From Streptococcaceae bacterium (GTDB taxonomy: Bacteria; Bacillota; Bacilli; Lactobacillales; Streptococcaceae), in the NCBI GenBank assembly GCA_031269775.1, contig JAISYQ010000004.1, positions 4,102-68,101 on the forward strand: DNA of 64,000 nt, read 5' to 3'. Each line of letters opens with the position of its first letter. The stretch's first letter is position 1. Below the pieces are notes generated by a model that had not been told where the DNA came from, made no database searches, and saw only the letters and a program-made list of their open reading frames with translations. Below are positions 48,147-59,042 of the stretch, in pieces. Position numbers and translations under genes: made by a program.

Positions 48147-49847
48147 TTAAAAAGGTAACCAACGCCTAAGCACATTCACACGCTCACCTAACAGGTGATC
48201 TGCAATCGTTGTTTTTAAAGCTAAAATAAGATAAAGCAAACTACTTACAATTGTGACAATAAACACAATTATAAATGCAGAAATTCTTTGCTCAGGATCT
48301 AAAAATAAATATAAAACATTACGTATTACTAATGTTCCAATGGACATTATAAAGGTTAACAAACATAATAATAAAGCTCGTCTTTTTATTTTTTTTATAT
48401 TAACATGTGTTTTATGATAAATTTTTCGAAAATTTAAATATACCATCAAAATAGTAGCAATCGTTGTTGAAACAAGCGGCCCATATACTTTAAATAAAGC
48501 AATCATCGGAAATTGCATTATTAATTTTAAAATCATCCCAAAAGCCAAATAAACAGTAGCCATCTTACTTAAGCCTAAACCTTGTAATACACCAATTGTT
48601 AACATAAAAGCAGCTAATAGCAACGATTGCAATGATGAGTAAACTAAAAGTGATACTCCTAAAACATCTTTGCCACCATAAAAAATGGTATTTAATGGAT
48701 GTGCTAAAATGACCATACCTAAAGTAGACGGTAGCATTACAAATAAAAATAATTGAAAAATGTTGTTTATTAACGTAGCTAATTTACGAAACTTTTTTAA
48801 AGTATGATTTTCCGTAATTAAAGGTAAGCTTGTTAAAGAAATCGCAATTGCTATCCCAATTGTAATCATCGTTAGTTTATCTGGATTAGTACTTAATAAG
48901 CTAAATAATGCTTGCAAATGTTTTAAAGAATCATGAGTTAAGATCTTCATTATATGAATAAACGTCCAGCTATCAATTAATTTTAAAATTTGAATCCCTG
49001 ATCCTGAAACGACAAAAGGGATGGCTTCTTTAATAATTTCCATAATCAGACTGTAATTTTTTACTTTTTCAAATGATTGATCATATTTACCTTTAGAATC
49101 TATCTGAAATTTTACTTGAGGAAAATTACTTTTATTTTTTTTCATAAACCACAACAAAACCACCATGCTGCTAAGCATGCCAATAAAAGCTGCAAATGTT
49201 GATTGAATCACTGCTTGGATATAACCTGCGTGCTGCACTTTCATGATAATAAAAACCGTAAATAACATCCAAAACACACGAGTAATTTGTTCAACTATTT
49301 GCGATAAAGCATAGGGCATCATGTTATTATTCCCCTGAAAATAGCCACGTATCACACTCATAACCGGAAAAAGTAAGACTGCTACAGCTAATGATTTCAT
49401 CACAGGAATTAATTCACGACCTCCACCTGCTAAATCAGCTAAAAAAGAAGCTCCAAAAAACATAAAACTAGCGCAAATTATCCCAAATATTAACATTATT
49501 TTCACAGCACTTTGAAATATTTTCTCACTCATTTTAAATTTACCTAACGAATTATAATGAGCAATGTATTTAGCAATGACTGCTGGAATACCTGAAGTAG
49601 AAATTAATAAAAATAAAGCATAAATGTTATATCCCATACCAAATAAGCCATTAGCTATTTGTGCACTCTCTCCCATCCATGCATACCAAGGGATCACATA
49701 AACAGCACCTAATAAGCGCGAGAAAACATTACCTAAAGACAACCAAAAAACACCTTGAGTCATTTTAGCTTTCTGAACATCTTTATTTTTAAAAATTCTG
49801 CTATTTTTTTTTTGTTTTATCATCTTTATTAAGAGTTTAAATCCCAA
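48147..49847 (-). CDS. MOP-superfamily flippase (MurJ/YtgP/SpoVB-like polysaccharide biosynthesis protein)
   Basis: About 14 TM helices. ...GNVFSRLLGAVYVIPW... N-terminus. The true start is probably the internal Met near 49763. Confidence 0.7.
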   Translation of the reverse strand: MGFKLLIKMIKQKKNSRIFKNKDVQKAKMTQGVFWLSLGNVFSRLLGAVYVIPWYAWMGESAQIANGLFGMGYNIYALFLLISTSGIPAVIAKYIAHYNSLGKFKMSEKIFQSAVKIMLIFGIICASFMFFGASFLADLAGGGRELIPVMKSLAVAVLLFPVMSVIRGYFQGNNNMMPYALSQIVEQITRVFWMLFTVFIIMKVQHAGYIQAVIQSTFAAFIGMLSSMVVLLWFMKKNKSNFPQVKFQIDSKGKYDQSFEKVKNYSLIMEIIKEAIPFVVSGSGIQILKLIDSWTFIHIMKILTHDSLKHLQALFSLLSTNPDKLTMITIGIAIAISLTSLPLITENHTLKKFRKLATLINNIFQLFLFVMLPSTLGMVILAHPLNTIFYGGKDVLGVSLLVYSSLQSLLLAAFMLTIGVLQGLGLSKMATVYLAFGMILKLIMQFPMIALFKVYGPLVSTTIATILMVYLNFRKIYHKTHVNIKKIKRRALLLCLLTFIMSIGTLVIRNVLYLFLDPEQRISAFIIVFIVTIVSSLLYLILALKTTIADHLLGERVNVLRRWLPF

Positions 49848-49899
49848 AAAATTTTGAATTATTAATCATATTCAGCATAATTAGGCAAGATTCTTATTT

Positions 49900-50830
49900 C
49901 AAGTTTCAAGAACTTCCTCAAAAAGTTTTAGCGATTGATCTTTCTTTCACTACCACAGGTTTTATATTGGGATTTGTTTTTTGCAATTTTTTTAATTTTT
50001 TCTCTGCTCGTTTTTTTCTTCTCAGCAACAAGCATATAGTCATAATAACCCCACATGCTAGACTTCCAATTTGAAAAGATTTAATAATTTTTGGCTACTC
50101 ATCTCAGTAAACCAAGTTTCTTTGCTAGTAGCAATAATATCATTTGAGAGTTTTTGTTTTTCTTCTTTTCAACTGCTGGATTTTACCATCGATCAAGATG
50201 TAAGATTTAAACTAACCCCGCTTTCTTTGCGTTAAATGCTGCTACTAATTTTGTCCTCTTTTTTTATTGGAGTACTTCCATATAGTAGTATAAATCTATC
50301 TCTTTTAAAAATTTTACTTAAAAATGCTGCAATGGCTTTATTGTCTCTTTAAATTGAGTAAATATCAATACCATTTCTCGTTTATCACGATTTGTTACTT
50401 CGACATCTTTATTTGCTTCTTCATCAATATCATCAGCTAAATCAAGTCGTAAGTGCAATCGCATCTGCCAATGCCATTTGCCACCTTTTTGCATTTTACC
50501 AAAAATTTTTTGATAACATTAAGCTTTTGCTGATTTACCTCAACCCACTTTCCCTTAATAAAAGAAAAGCCCTAGTTTGATTAAGTACATTTTGAACCTT
50601 TTTTACCGTTAGCGCAACATCCCCTAAATGAATTTTCGGGCGATAAGGAAATTAAAGCATCAAATTCTACCTTAGTAGGTGAAGTTTTTTCAACAGTCAA
50701 AAATAATTTTGTTCGATTTTTTTGTTTCCACCAAAAACAATGCCATTTTTTTCATAAATTGATAATCCTTGCAAAAAGATATAAACTTCCTTTATATTTT
50801 GCTCTTTCAGCTGATAATTCATCATTTCCT
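49900..50830 (-). pseudogene. Heavily degraded SNF2-family helicase gene
   Basis: Minus-strand translations across several frames give ...LLYGSTPIKKRTKLVAAFN... and ...HLDRW*NPAVE..., the helicase C-terminal motifs of SNF2/RapA-like ATPases. These are interspersed with many stops and deletions. Confidence 0.6.
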
Positions 50831-50847
50831 CCTCTCATACTTATTTT

Positions 50848-51183
50848 TTACTGATACAAATCTCGCATGGGGGCTTGTACTAATTTTATGACATCTTCAA
50901 CAATCATGCCAAAAGCGCGTTCTTTTTGGAACATTGCAGAGAGTATTTCATTTTTATTGATTTTTTTAGCTATTTTTTCTATTTTTATTTGTTCTTCAGA
51001 ATTAGGAACTTCTCCTTTTGTGACTTTTTGCTCCAAATTTTTTTGCATATTTTTAAATTCTTCAAATAATTCAAAAGCTTTACAATCTTTTTTAATTTTT
51101 GTAAAAACTTCTTTTAAGGTAATGTATTCAGGTAAAAAACGTAATTTACGCTCTAATTGATTAGCTGTATCATAAACATTCAT
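50848..51183 (-). CDS. YlbF/YheA (UPF0342) family protein
   Basis: ...NVYDTANQLERKLRFLPEY..LKEVF.KIKKD..AFELFEEF...Q... helical pattern. GGAGG SD before ATG 51183. Confidence 0.65.
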   Translation of the reverse strand: MNVYDTANQLERKLRFLPEYITLKEVFTKIKKDCKAFELFEEFKNMQKNLEQKVTKGEVPNSEEQIKIEKIAKKINKNEILSAMFQKERAFGMIVEDVIKLVQAPMRDLYQ

Positions 51184-51184
51184 A

Positions 51185-53371
51185 TTAATTTCCTCCAAAA
51201 AAATTTTTTATTTTGCTGAATTCTTTTTTTGCTTTATTTATAATTCTATCAAATTTCCCAGCATTTTCTTTTGCTTTTTTTAGAATATTTTTTGCTTTTT
51301 TCTTTAAATTTTTGACTTTATTATCTACTGGTTTAGTATCCTGATCTAACTCTTCTATATCTTCGCCTGCAATATTATAAGCATCTTGAATTCCCGGATA
51401 TAAATGATCAAAAGTTTTTTTTGAAGTAATCGGCAATATTCCACTAGCTACTAAACGAAAGATAGTAGCGCCTTGCCTAGCTGAAGAAGCTTCAAGATAA
51501 TGCATTTCATCAGTAGATTCAAAGCCTATCCAAGTGGTAAGAACAACATCTGGATTATAGCCAATAAGCCATTGATCTTTTGATTTATTAGCATCAAAAT
51601 TTGTTTCTGTCGTACCTGTCTTCCCTGCCAATTTATATCCTAAAGGCGCAGCACTAGCTCCTGTTCCATGACTAAAAGTACCAAGCATCATGCTGGTCAT
51701 TTTCTTAGCTACTCCTTTTGAGACAATTACCTTGGTTTCTGGATTCACCTCATAAACGACATTTCCTGTTGCATCTACAATTTTGTTAATTAAATGTGCT
51801 TCAATCATCTCCCCGTCATTGCCAAATGTCCCATAAGCTTGAGTTATTGTCCATGGCGAAACACCACAAGCAAGGCCACCTAAAGCTAAACCATAATATT
51901 TATCTTTCTTTTGCAAAGGTAGTCCAAATTTCCTTCCCATATTAAATGCTTTATCAAGTCCAATCTTACTTTCTAAATAAATAGCCGGTATATTTAAGCT
52001 ATTAGCTAAAGCTTGATACATAGGTATATTATCGCTATAGATATTACCGTAATTTGTTGCAATATCTGCTTGATCAAAGCCTGGTACTTTAGCAATTTCT
52101 TGCAATATTTCTTTGTTATTAGGCAACATCTCATTTATTTTATAGCCTTGTTGAATAGCCGGCGCATAGACGACAAGCGGCTTGATTGCTGAGCCAGGGG
52201 AGCGCATGCTTTGTGTTGCATAATTAAACTTTCGAAATATATGTTTTTCTGGATTTCCAACTTCACCAACTAATGCCTGCACTTCTCCTGTTTTCGGATC
52301 TAGCGCAATTGATGCTGATTGCGTTACTTGAGAATCTATTGCTTTTGGAAAATTACTAGTATCTGCGTAAATCTCTTGTATCGCATTTTGATATTTTTGA
52401 TTTAGAGTTGTATATATTTTATAGCCTTTGGTTAAAAGATCTTGCTCTGAAATCTTCGCCTTTTCCTCTGCTTCGGAAATCACTGCATCAAAAAACGAAG
52501 GATATTTATAATTATCTTTTTTTAACGCTACATAATGGCTTTGTGAAATAATTTCAATATTTGCCTCGTCATCTGCTTTTTTTTGATTTAATTTTTTATT
52601 ATTAACCATCAGCTGCAAAACAGTATCGCGACGATTTTTGGCGTTTTTCGGATAATTAATTGGATTATAAATCTCAGGGGCCTTTAAAAGTCCTGCCAAA
52701 ATTGCTGCCTCACCAATATTTACATCCTTTGCACCTTTCCCAAAATACTTATAAGAGGCATCTTCCACCCCCCAAATACCATTACCAAAGTATGAGTTAT
52801 TTAAATACATTGCTAAAATATCTTGTTTGCTATATTTTTTATTAATTTCAAATGCTAAAAATAATTCCCGTGCTTTACGATCCCATCTCTGTTTTTGCGT
52901 TAAGTAAGCATTTTTTGCTAGCTGCTGGGTAATGGTTGAACCGCCACCAACAATCTTTCCATGCAAAATTCCGCGAACGGCTGCACGAAAAATTCCAAAA
53001 ATATCAATTCCGCGATTTTGATAAAAAGTCCTATCTTCTGTTGAAATCACTGCATCTTGAATATGTTGTGAAATATCATCCAATTTTACATATGTCCCTT
53101 TTTGTCCAAAAAGATACCCAGCTTCAGCACCTTCATCATCATAAATCTGCGTTTTTGCTGACAAAGATGCTTTCAATGTTTTAACATTTGCCGTTTTGGC
53201 TAGATAAAATAAATATGCTGAAGAAATAAGAATAAAAATTAATGTTAATAAAATAATTATTTTGTTAATTTGATACTTACGCCAAATTTGCTTACACCAT
53301 GCATGAAACTTAATAAGATGTGGTTTTAACAAATTCCAGATATTAGCTAAAATAAACTTAAATCGCTTCAT
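51185..53371 (-). CDS. ponA: Class A penicillin-binding protein 1A (glycosyltransferase + transpeptidase)
   Basis: GT51 motifs ...EDRTFYQNRGID..., ...GGSTITQQLAKN... and ...RKARE... Transpeptidase motifs SPGSAIKP, SDN-like and KTGTT. Confidence 0.9.
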   Translation of the reverse strand: MKRFKFILANIWNLLKPHLIKFHAWCKQIWRKYQINKIIILLTLIFILISSAYLFYLAKTANVKTLKASLSAKTQIYDDEGAEAGYLFGQKGTYVKLDDISQHIQDAVISTEDRTFYQNRGIDIFGIFRAAVRGILHGKIVGGGSTITQQLAKNAYLTQKQRWDRKARELFLAFEINKKYSKQDILAMYLNNSYFGNGIWGVEDASYKYFGKGAKDVNIGEAAILAGLLKAPEIYNPINYPKNAKNRRDTVLQLMVNNKKLNQKKADDEANIEIISQSHYVALKKDNYKYPSFFDAVISEAEEKAKISEQDLLTKGYKIYTTLNQKYQNAIQEIYADTSNFPKAIDSQVTQSASIALDPKTGEVQALVGEVGNPEKHIFRKFNYATQSMRSPGSAIKPLVVYAPAIQQGYKINEMLPNNKEILQEIAKVPGFDQADIATNYGNIYSDNIPMYQALANSLNIPAIYLESKIGLDKAFNMGRKFGLPLQKKDKYYGLALGGLACGVSPWTITQAYGTFGNDGEMIEAHLINKIVDATGNVVYEVNPETKVIVSKGVAKKMTSMMLGTFSHGTGASAAPLGYKLAGKTGTTETNFDANKSKDQWLIGYNPDVVLTTWIGFESTDEMHYLEASSARQGATIFRLVASGILPITSKKTFDHLYPGIQDAYNIAGEDIEELDQDTKPVDNKVKNLKKKAKNILKKAKENAGKFDRIINKAKKEFSKIKNFFGGN

Positions 53372-53522
53372 CGCTGCCCCCGATTAGATTGTTTAAAAAT
53401 AATTGCAATTTTTTGATCAGAGTTAATTTTAATATATTTTACCTTAAAAATCACTTTGCCGAAAATTTATTTTCGGATAAACTATTATTAAGCCCTAATC
53501 TTAATATAAGGATGCGAAAATT

Positions 53523-53870
53523 TTGCGAAAATCATATAGAGTGAAAAAAGCAAAAGACTTTCAAGCCGTATTTAATACAGGAAAATCATACGCCAATAAA
53601 TGTTTTATCATTTATAAGTTATCTTCACACAAACAGCTCCATTTTCGTGTTGGCATCTCTGTTAGTAAAAAACTTGGAAATGCCGTTACAAGAAATAAGA
53701 TCAAACGTAAAATTCGTCAAAGCGTTTTTGATTTATCTATAGAAATTTGCCCTGATGTTGATTTTATTGTAATCGCTAGATTAGCTGCCAAAGACTTAAC
53801 TGTTTTTGAAACGCTGAAAAATCTTCGACATGTATTAATGATCGCTAAAATAATTCAAAAATTTGATTAG
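53523..53870 (+). CDS. rnpA: RNase P protein component
   Basis: TTG start after an AAGGA SD. ...RVKKAKDFQAVF...VGISVSKKLGNAVTRNKIKRKIRQ... RNR motif. Confidence 0.85.
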   Translation: MRKSYRVKKAKDFQAVFNTGKSYANKCFIIYKLSSHKQLHFRVGISVSKKLGNAVTRNKIKRKIRQSVFDLSIEICPDVDFIVIARLAAKDLTVFETLKNLRHVLMIAKIIQKFD

Positions 53871-53901
53871 TAAATTAGTAAAAAGGAGATTTTCTTTATA
53901 G

Positions 53902-54831
53902 ATGGATAATAAACGCTATTATACTTTTAATAAATGTCTTAAGCAGCACTTTGGCTTCAAAGTTTTTAAAGTTCCTATTAATGCAGGTTTCTCCTGCCCC
54001 AATCGTGACGGAAAAGTAGCCTTTGGTGGCTGTACTTTTTGTAATAACAACGGATCAGGGGGAAACATCGCTGCAGCTCTTGATTCATTACCGCTACAAT
54101 TTCAAAAAGCTGTTTTTGCTATGCATAAAAAATGGCCCAATGTTAAGCAATACATTGTCTATTTTCAAAATTTTACCAATACATATGCTTGTGTTAAAAC
54201 TTTACGAAAACGTTATGAGCAAGTGATCTCACTTCCTGGTGTTGTAGGTTTATCTATCGGTACGCGACCAGATTGTTTGCCTTTTGAGGTCATTGATTAT
54301 CTAGCAGAATTAAATCAACGACTATACTTATGGGTAGAACTTGGCTTACAGAGTACTTTTGATCTCACTAACAAGTTAATTAACCGCGCTCACTCCTATC
54401 AAACTTATCTTAGAGCCGTTAAAAGTCTGCGTAAACACAATATTCGTATCTGCACACACTTAATCAACGGATTACCTAAAGAAACAAAAACGATGATGCT
54501 AGAAAATGTTCGTCGCACTCTCCTTGACTCAGACATCCAAGGCATTAAGCTTCATCTTCTTCAGCTAATGAAAAATACAGCTATCTTGCGTGATTATAAT
54601 GCAGGGCAATTGAGATTAATGGATAAAAAAGATTATATTGATATTATCGTACGCCAATTAGAAATCATTCCAGAAAACATCGTTATTCATCGCTTAACTG
54701 GCGATGCACTTAAAAATTCGTTAATCGCTCCGATGTGGAGTCTTAAAAAATGGGAAGTGCTTAATGCTATTGATAATGAAATGATTAAACGAGGCACTTG
54801 GCAGGGAAAGTATGCTCTTAAAATAAGATAA
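53902..54831 (+). CDS. Radical SAM protein, TIGR01212 (YtqA) family
   Basis: ...KVFKVPINAGFSCPNRDG.....GCTFCNN... cluster motif typical of this family. Confidence 0.8.
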   Translation: MDNKRYYTFNKCLKQHFGFKVFKVPINAGFSCPNRDGKVAFGGCTFCNNNGSGGNIAAALDSLPLQFQKAVFAMHKKWPNVKQYIVYFQNFTNTYACVKTLRKRYEQVISLPGVVGLSIGTRPDCLPFEVIDYLAELNQRLYLWVELGLQSTFDLTNKLINRAHSYQTYLRAVKSLRKHNIRICTHLINGLPKETKTMMLENVRRTLLDSDIQGIKLHLLQLMKNTAILRDYNAGQLRLMDKKDYIDIIVRQLEIIPENIVIHRLTGDALKNSLIAPMWSLKKWEVLNAIDNEMIKRGTWQGKYALKIR

Positions 54832-54999
54832 ATTTGATTACGTTATTTGAAATATTATGCCTACTATTATATTTTGATAAATAAGCTCTTTTTTCTTTTT
54901 TTGCGAAACAATCATCTTTAAAGTATACTACTCAAACTGAATTGGGCAATTGAATTAGATTGGAAGAGAAAGAATAAATTAAGCTCTTTCTTAAAATTC

Positions 55000-55938
55000 T
55001 CACTCATAACTTTCCTGATATCTGGCCATCTCATCTCTATTTGCCCAAACTAAATGTTCCGGTTTAACCTTTTGAAAGCTTGGCTGATTTATTGAATAAT
55101 CATGCATATTAGGATCGTATACAATCAATTTTTTTTCACGCTCTAATTTAGGATCAGGAATTGGTACTGCTGATAGGAGCGATTTTGTGTATGGATGAAC
55201 TGGATGGTTAAATAACTCTTCTGTTTTAGCTAACTCCACAATATTCCCATGATAAATAACTGCAATTCGATCAGAAATAAAACGCACAACAGAAAGATCA
55301 TGAGCCACAAATAAATACGTAAGACCCTCTTCTTTTTGAAACTTTTTTAATAAATTTAAAATTTGTGCACGAATTGAAACATCCAAAGCTGAAATTACCT
55401 CATCAGCAATAATTAAATCAGGGCGCATAATTAAGCTTCTAGCAATGCCAATTCTTTGTTTTTGACCGCCGGAGAACTCATGTGGATAACGATTTAAATG
55501 CTCTGGTAATAAGCCAACTTCTTTAATAATATTAGCAACCTTATGCTTGCGATCAGCTTCATCTTTAAAAAGATGATTATTATAAAGACCTTCTGAAATA
55601 ATATAATCTACTGTTGCTCGTTTATTTAAAGAAGCTGATGGATTTTGGAAAATCATTTGAATTCGTAAAGTAAGTTTTGCTCTTTCTTTTTTTAAAAGTT
55701 TGCCATTAATCTTTTTGCCATCAAAAATAATATCTCCCTTAGATGTAGGATTAATTCCAATCACCGCACGTCCAATCGTTGTTTTCCCAGAACCAGATTC
55801 GCCTACTAATGAAAAAATTTCTCCTTTATAAATATCAAAATTTACATTTTCTACTGCTATAAAACGTTTTTTTCCTTCACCAAAAGCAATTTCAACATCG
55901 TGAATAGAAAGTAAAACTTTTTGCTTAAGCTCGTTCAT
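55000..55938 (-). CDS. oppF: Oligopeptide/dipeptide ABC transporter ATP-binding protein (OppF type), orphan
   Basis: [35 protein letters not shown] and the C-terminal ...[12 protein letters not shown]... oligopeptide-type extension. No oppABCD genes adjacent. Confidence 0.8.
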   Translation of the reverse strand: MNELKQKVLLSIHDVEIAFGEGKKRFIAVENVNFDIYKGEIFSLVGESGSGKTTIGRAVIGINPTSKGDIIFDGKKINGKLLKKERAKLTLRIQMIFQNPSASLNKRATVDYIISEGLYNNHLFKDEADRKHKVANIIKEVGLLPEHLNRYPHEFSGGQKQRIGIARSLIMRPDLIIADEVISALDVSIRAQILNLLKKFQKEEGLTYLFVAHDLSVVRFISDRIAVIYHGNIVELAKTEELFNHPVHPYTKSLLSAVPIPDPKLEREKKLIVYDPNMHDYSINQPSFQKVKPEHLVWANRDEMARYQESYE

Positions 55939-55997
55939 TAAATTTTTCTCCTTTGCTAAAAAGAGGGTGGAACAAAAGTCATTTACTTCATTTTTTA

Positions 55998-57029
55998 CTA
56001 TTTATTCAATTTTACTTGACTCATCACTTCTTCAGCAAAATTATCTTCTTTTTTATCAATACCTTCACCCACTTCAAAGCGAAAAAAGGACTTGATCAAA
56101 GCACCTTTGCTTTTTAAAAATTTAGCAACTGTTTTACTATCATCAAGCACGTAACTTTGAGACAATAGTGTATATTGTTGATCAATTTCAGTATTTTCTT
56201 TAACAAATTTGTCCATTTGACCAGGAATAATTCTATTCCAAATTTTTTCAAGTTTACCTTGCTTAGCTAAATCGGACTCTAATTTAGCTTTCGTTTTTGC
56301 TAGCACTTTATCAGTTAATTGCAGTTGACTTCCATAAGTTGGAATACGCAAAGCAGATTTTCCTGTACGTTTACGATCTTTATTTTCGATTTCAAGACGT
56401 GCAACAAGCGCCACCATTTCTTGCTCGATGAATTTTGGATTAAGATCTTTGTACGATAATACTTGTGGTCTCATGGCGGCAATGTGCATTGCAAGGTCTT
56501 TAGCTAGTTTTTCATTGCCACCTTCTACAACCGTGATTACACCAATGCGCCCTCCCATATGAGAATACACGCCAAAATTTTCTAAATTGGATTTTTCAAT
56601 AGTTTTAAAACGACGAAAACTTAATTTTTCTCCAATAATTTGTGTTCCTTGAATTAATTCTGCGTCAATCGTTACTCCTTTATCATTAGTTAATGCCATA
56701 GCTTGTGTTAAATTTTGAGGTCTATTTTTAGCTACAATTTTCGCAATATCAGCAACGATTAATTTAAATTGCTCATTTTTAGCAACAAAATCAGTTTCTG
56801 AATTAATTTCTACCAAAGCAGCTGTATTACCATCAGTGTAAATTCCTGTTAAACCTTCAGCTGTAATCCGATCTATTTTTTTTGCAGCTTTGCTCATCCC
56901 TTTCCTGCGCAAAAGATCAATTGCTTTATCCATATCTCCATCTACTTCTACCAGTGCTTTTTTAGCATCCATTATACCAACACCAGTGCGTTTTCGTAAT
57001 TCTTTTACTTGAGATGCAGTAATCACCAT
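55998..57029 (-). CDS. tsf: Elongation factor Ts
   Basis: ...[37 protein letters not shown]... UBA-like N-terminus, then ...[12 protein letters not shown]... Confidence 0.95.
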   Translation of the reverse strand: MVITASQVKELRKRTGVGIMDAKKALVEVDGDMDKAIDLLRRKGMSKAAKKIDRITAEGLTGIYTDGNTAALVEINSETDFVAKNEQFKLIVADIAKIVAKNRPQNLTQAMALTNDKGVTIDAELIQGTQIIGEKLSFRRFKTIEKSNLENFGVYSHMGGRIGVITVVEGGNEKLAKDLAMHIAAMRPQVLSYKDLNPKFIEQEMVALVARLEIENKDRKRTGKSALRIPTYGSQLQLTDKVLAKTKAKLESDLAKQGKLEKIWNRIIPGQMDKFVKENTEIDQQYTLLSQSYVLDDSKTVAKFLKSKGALIKSFFRFEVGEGIDKKEDNFAEEVMSQVKLNK

Positions 57030-57334
57030 TCTCTTATTCCTCCTAAAATTTTTAAATTAAAAGCCTTTTTATAATGTAGGGAAAATCTTATTATTATCAG
57101 CTAAATTTCTTTATTTTTGCAATTAGCATTTTACCTTCAAACCGTTTTAGTGTCTATAAAATTGTCAAAATTTATCGTTTATATCGGATTTCATTTATTC
57201 AAGCTATTTGGTATTATGAATCATTCACTTTATAATCAAATTTGAAAAATATAAAATTTAAGAAATAAGCAGTAAATCTTAACACAGCTAAATTTTTTAT
57301 CACTTGAAAATCTAAAGCTTTATAAGGAGGAAAT

Positions 57335-57988
57335 ATGTCTGATGGAAGAAATTTACCAATGTTTTATTTCACTCTTTCTCAAGATGGAGCTTACGAGTTA
57401 GAGATAAAAAAATCACGTTTTCTTTGTCAACTAAAACGAGTCCCTACCAAGAAGATGGCAAGAAATTTTATTGCTGAAGTAAAAAGAGAGCACTTTAAAT
57501 CAAGGCACAATTGTTCAGCTTTTATTGTTGGTAATAATGGTGAAATAAAACAAAGTAGTGATGATGGTGAGCCTAGTGGAACAGCCGGGGTACCAATGCT
57601 TGAAGTATTAAAGAATAAACAATTGATTAATGTTTGTGCGGTTGTAACACGTTATTTTGGTGGGATAAAATTAGGAGTTGGTGGACTTATCAGAGCATAT
57701 ACTCAAAGTGTTGCAAAAGCTTTGCAAAAAGTTAAACTTGTCAAAATAATGCTACAACAAGAAATTCATTTAAAAATTGATTATACACTGAATAGAAAGT
57801 TGCAATATTTTTTTACTTTGCATCCAGAGTATATGGTCAAGAAAAGTTTATTTATGGGGCATATTGAAATCATTGTTTTTGTGTCAAAAAAATCAGTCAC
57901 TTCTTTTCAAAAAGAAGTTAAAAATTTATTAAATGGTAAGGTAAATTTTAAATTTGGAAAATTTACGTATAATGAAGTGTTGATTTGA
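57335..57988 (+). CDS. yigZ: YigZ/IMPACT (UPF0029) family protein
   Basis: ...IKKSRFLC......A..FI..VK.EH..SRHNCSAF.........SDDGEPSGTAG.PML... signature. Confidence 0.8.
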   Translation: MSDGRNLPMFYFTLSQDGAYELEIKKSRFLCQLKRVPTKKMARNFIAEVKREHFKSRHNCSAFIVGNNGEIKQSSDDGEPSGTAGVPMLEVLKNKQLINVCAVVTRYFGGIKLGVGGLIRAYTQSVAKALQKVKLVKIMLQQEIHLKIDYTLNRKLQYFFTLHPEYMVKKSLFMGHIEIIVFVSKKSVTSFQKEVKNLLNGKVNFKFGKFTYNEVLI

Positions 57989-58002
57989 TTTAAGACTTTT
58001 TA

Positions 58003-58076
58003 TGTCCATGGCCGGATTTGAACCGGCGATCTACCGCTTAGGAGGCGGTTGCTCTATCCAGCTGAGCTACACGAAC
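58003..58076 (-). tRNA. tRNA-Arg (anticodon CCU)
   Basis: The minus strand reads GTTCGTGTAGCTCAGCTGGATAGAGCA ACCGC CTCCTAA GCGGT ... GGTTCAAATCC ... CATGGACA. The 7-bp acceptor stem pairs with two G-U pairs. The anticodon loop CTCCTAA gives CCT. CCA is not encoded. Confidence 0.9.
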
Positions 58077-58193
58077 GAATATGAATTCTATGCTTTTATT
58101 ATATCAAAATTTTGGTTTATATTGATTGTAACTTAAAAAAGCTAGAGGAAATTGTTTAATTGATTATTTTAGTTTATGTAACTATGTTTTTTT

Positions 58194-58520
58194 ATGACAG
58201 TAATTCTTTTAAGTATTATTAATCACTTCTTTCCTCGCATTCCTTATGCCGTTAATTCAGTTAATTTTTGCCTTTTTTTAGGATATTTTGATTCAAAACA
58301 TGCACTGTGTTTAAATTCTGAAATATTCTTAAACATCGTTATTGCGCCTCTTTCATTTCGAGAAGGGCAATATAATTTGAAATTGATTAATTATCTGAAA
58401 GCTAATCATATTCGTGAAAAAAAAATTTTACATGATCACTCATTTATCGAGCAAACTATTATCAAATTAAAGCTAAATAATGTCGAAGAGATGATGCGCG
58501 GGGTATTATTTGGAGCGTAA
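58194..58520 (+). other. 108-codon ORF of doubtful significance; possibly a gene fragment
   Basis: No convincing SD. The hydrophobic N-terminal part with ...VIAPLSFREGQ... faintly recalls cation/proton antiporter N-termini. The rest is unrecognisable. Confidence 0.2.
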
Positions 58521-58678
58521 AATAATTTTTGAGTGTAAAAAAAAACGATTAACTGGGAAAAAAACGTTAGAATTACAAAAAAATGTAAATATATTAAAAT
58601 CTTATTTCGTTAAAAGAAAAAGATCCTAATTTATTTTTGCTTATTTGATTTTTTAAGATTATATTAATTAAGGTCTTT

Positions 58679-58975
58679 TTAGAGTTTCATTTTTAATGAT
58701 TGCTTTACATTTAATTTATTGATATTAAGATATTTTCTTTTTTGTTCACGTGTAAGATTTTTAAATGCAGCCTCAGCAGCTGTTGCTTCACTACGTGTAG
58801 CAAACTTTTCAAGATGGATCATTTTTACAGGACGGCGTTTTTTTAAACGTGTATATTTGGCACCCACTCCATCATTATGATCTTTTAACCTACGTGCGGG
58901 GTTAATAGTATAACCGGCATAATAAGTATTATCGTTAGTAAGTAAAACATAAAAATAGTGTTTATTACTTTTCAT
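58679..58975 (-). CDS. GIY-YIG nuclease family protein (UPF0213)
   Basis: ...YFYVLLTNDNTYYAGYT.NPARRLKDHN.G.GAKYT... GIY-YIG signature. Confidence 0.85.
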   Translation of the reverse strand: MKSNKHYFYVLLTNDNTYYAGYTINPARRLKDHNDGVGAKYTRLKKRRPVKMIHLEKFATRSEATAAEAAFKNLTREQKRKYLNINKLNVKQSLKMKL

Positions 58976-59042
58976 AATAGATTTCCTTAATTTTTTAGAT
59001 CAGTTTTATCGTCGATTTTATAATTAGAAAGAAGAATTTTGT

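Noticed and set aside
50392-50580. 62-codon plus-strand ORF in the 49.9-50.8 kb region
   Set aside because: It lies inside the degraded SNF2 helicase remnant on the opposite strand. It has no SD, and its composition suggests wrong-strand translation.
58003-58700. An integrated element next to tRNA-Arg(CCU)
   Set aside because: The tRNA 3' end faces yigZ with only about 15 bp between them. The DNA on the other side (58.1-58.7 kb) holds only a doubtful 108-codon ORF. There is no integrase and no repeat of the tRNA 3' end.
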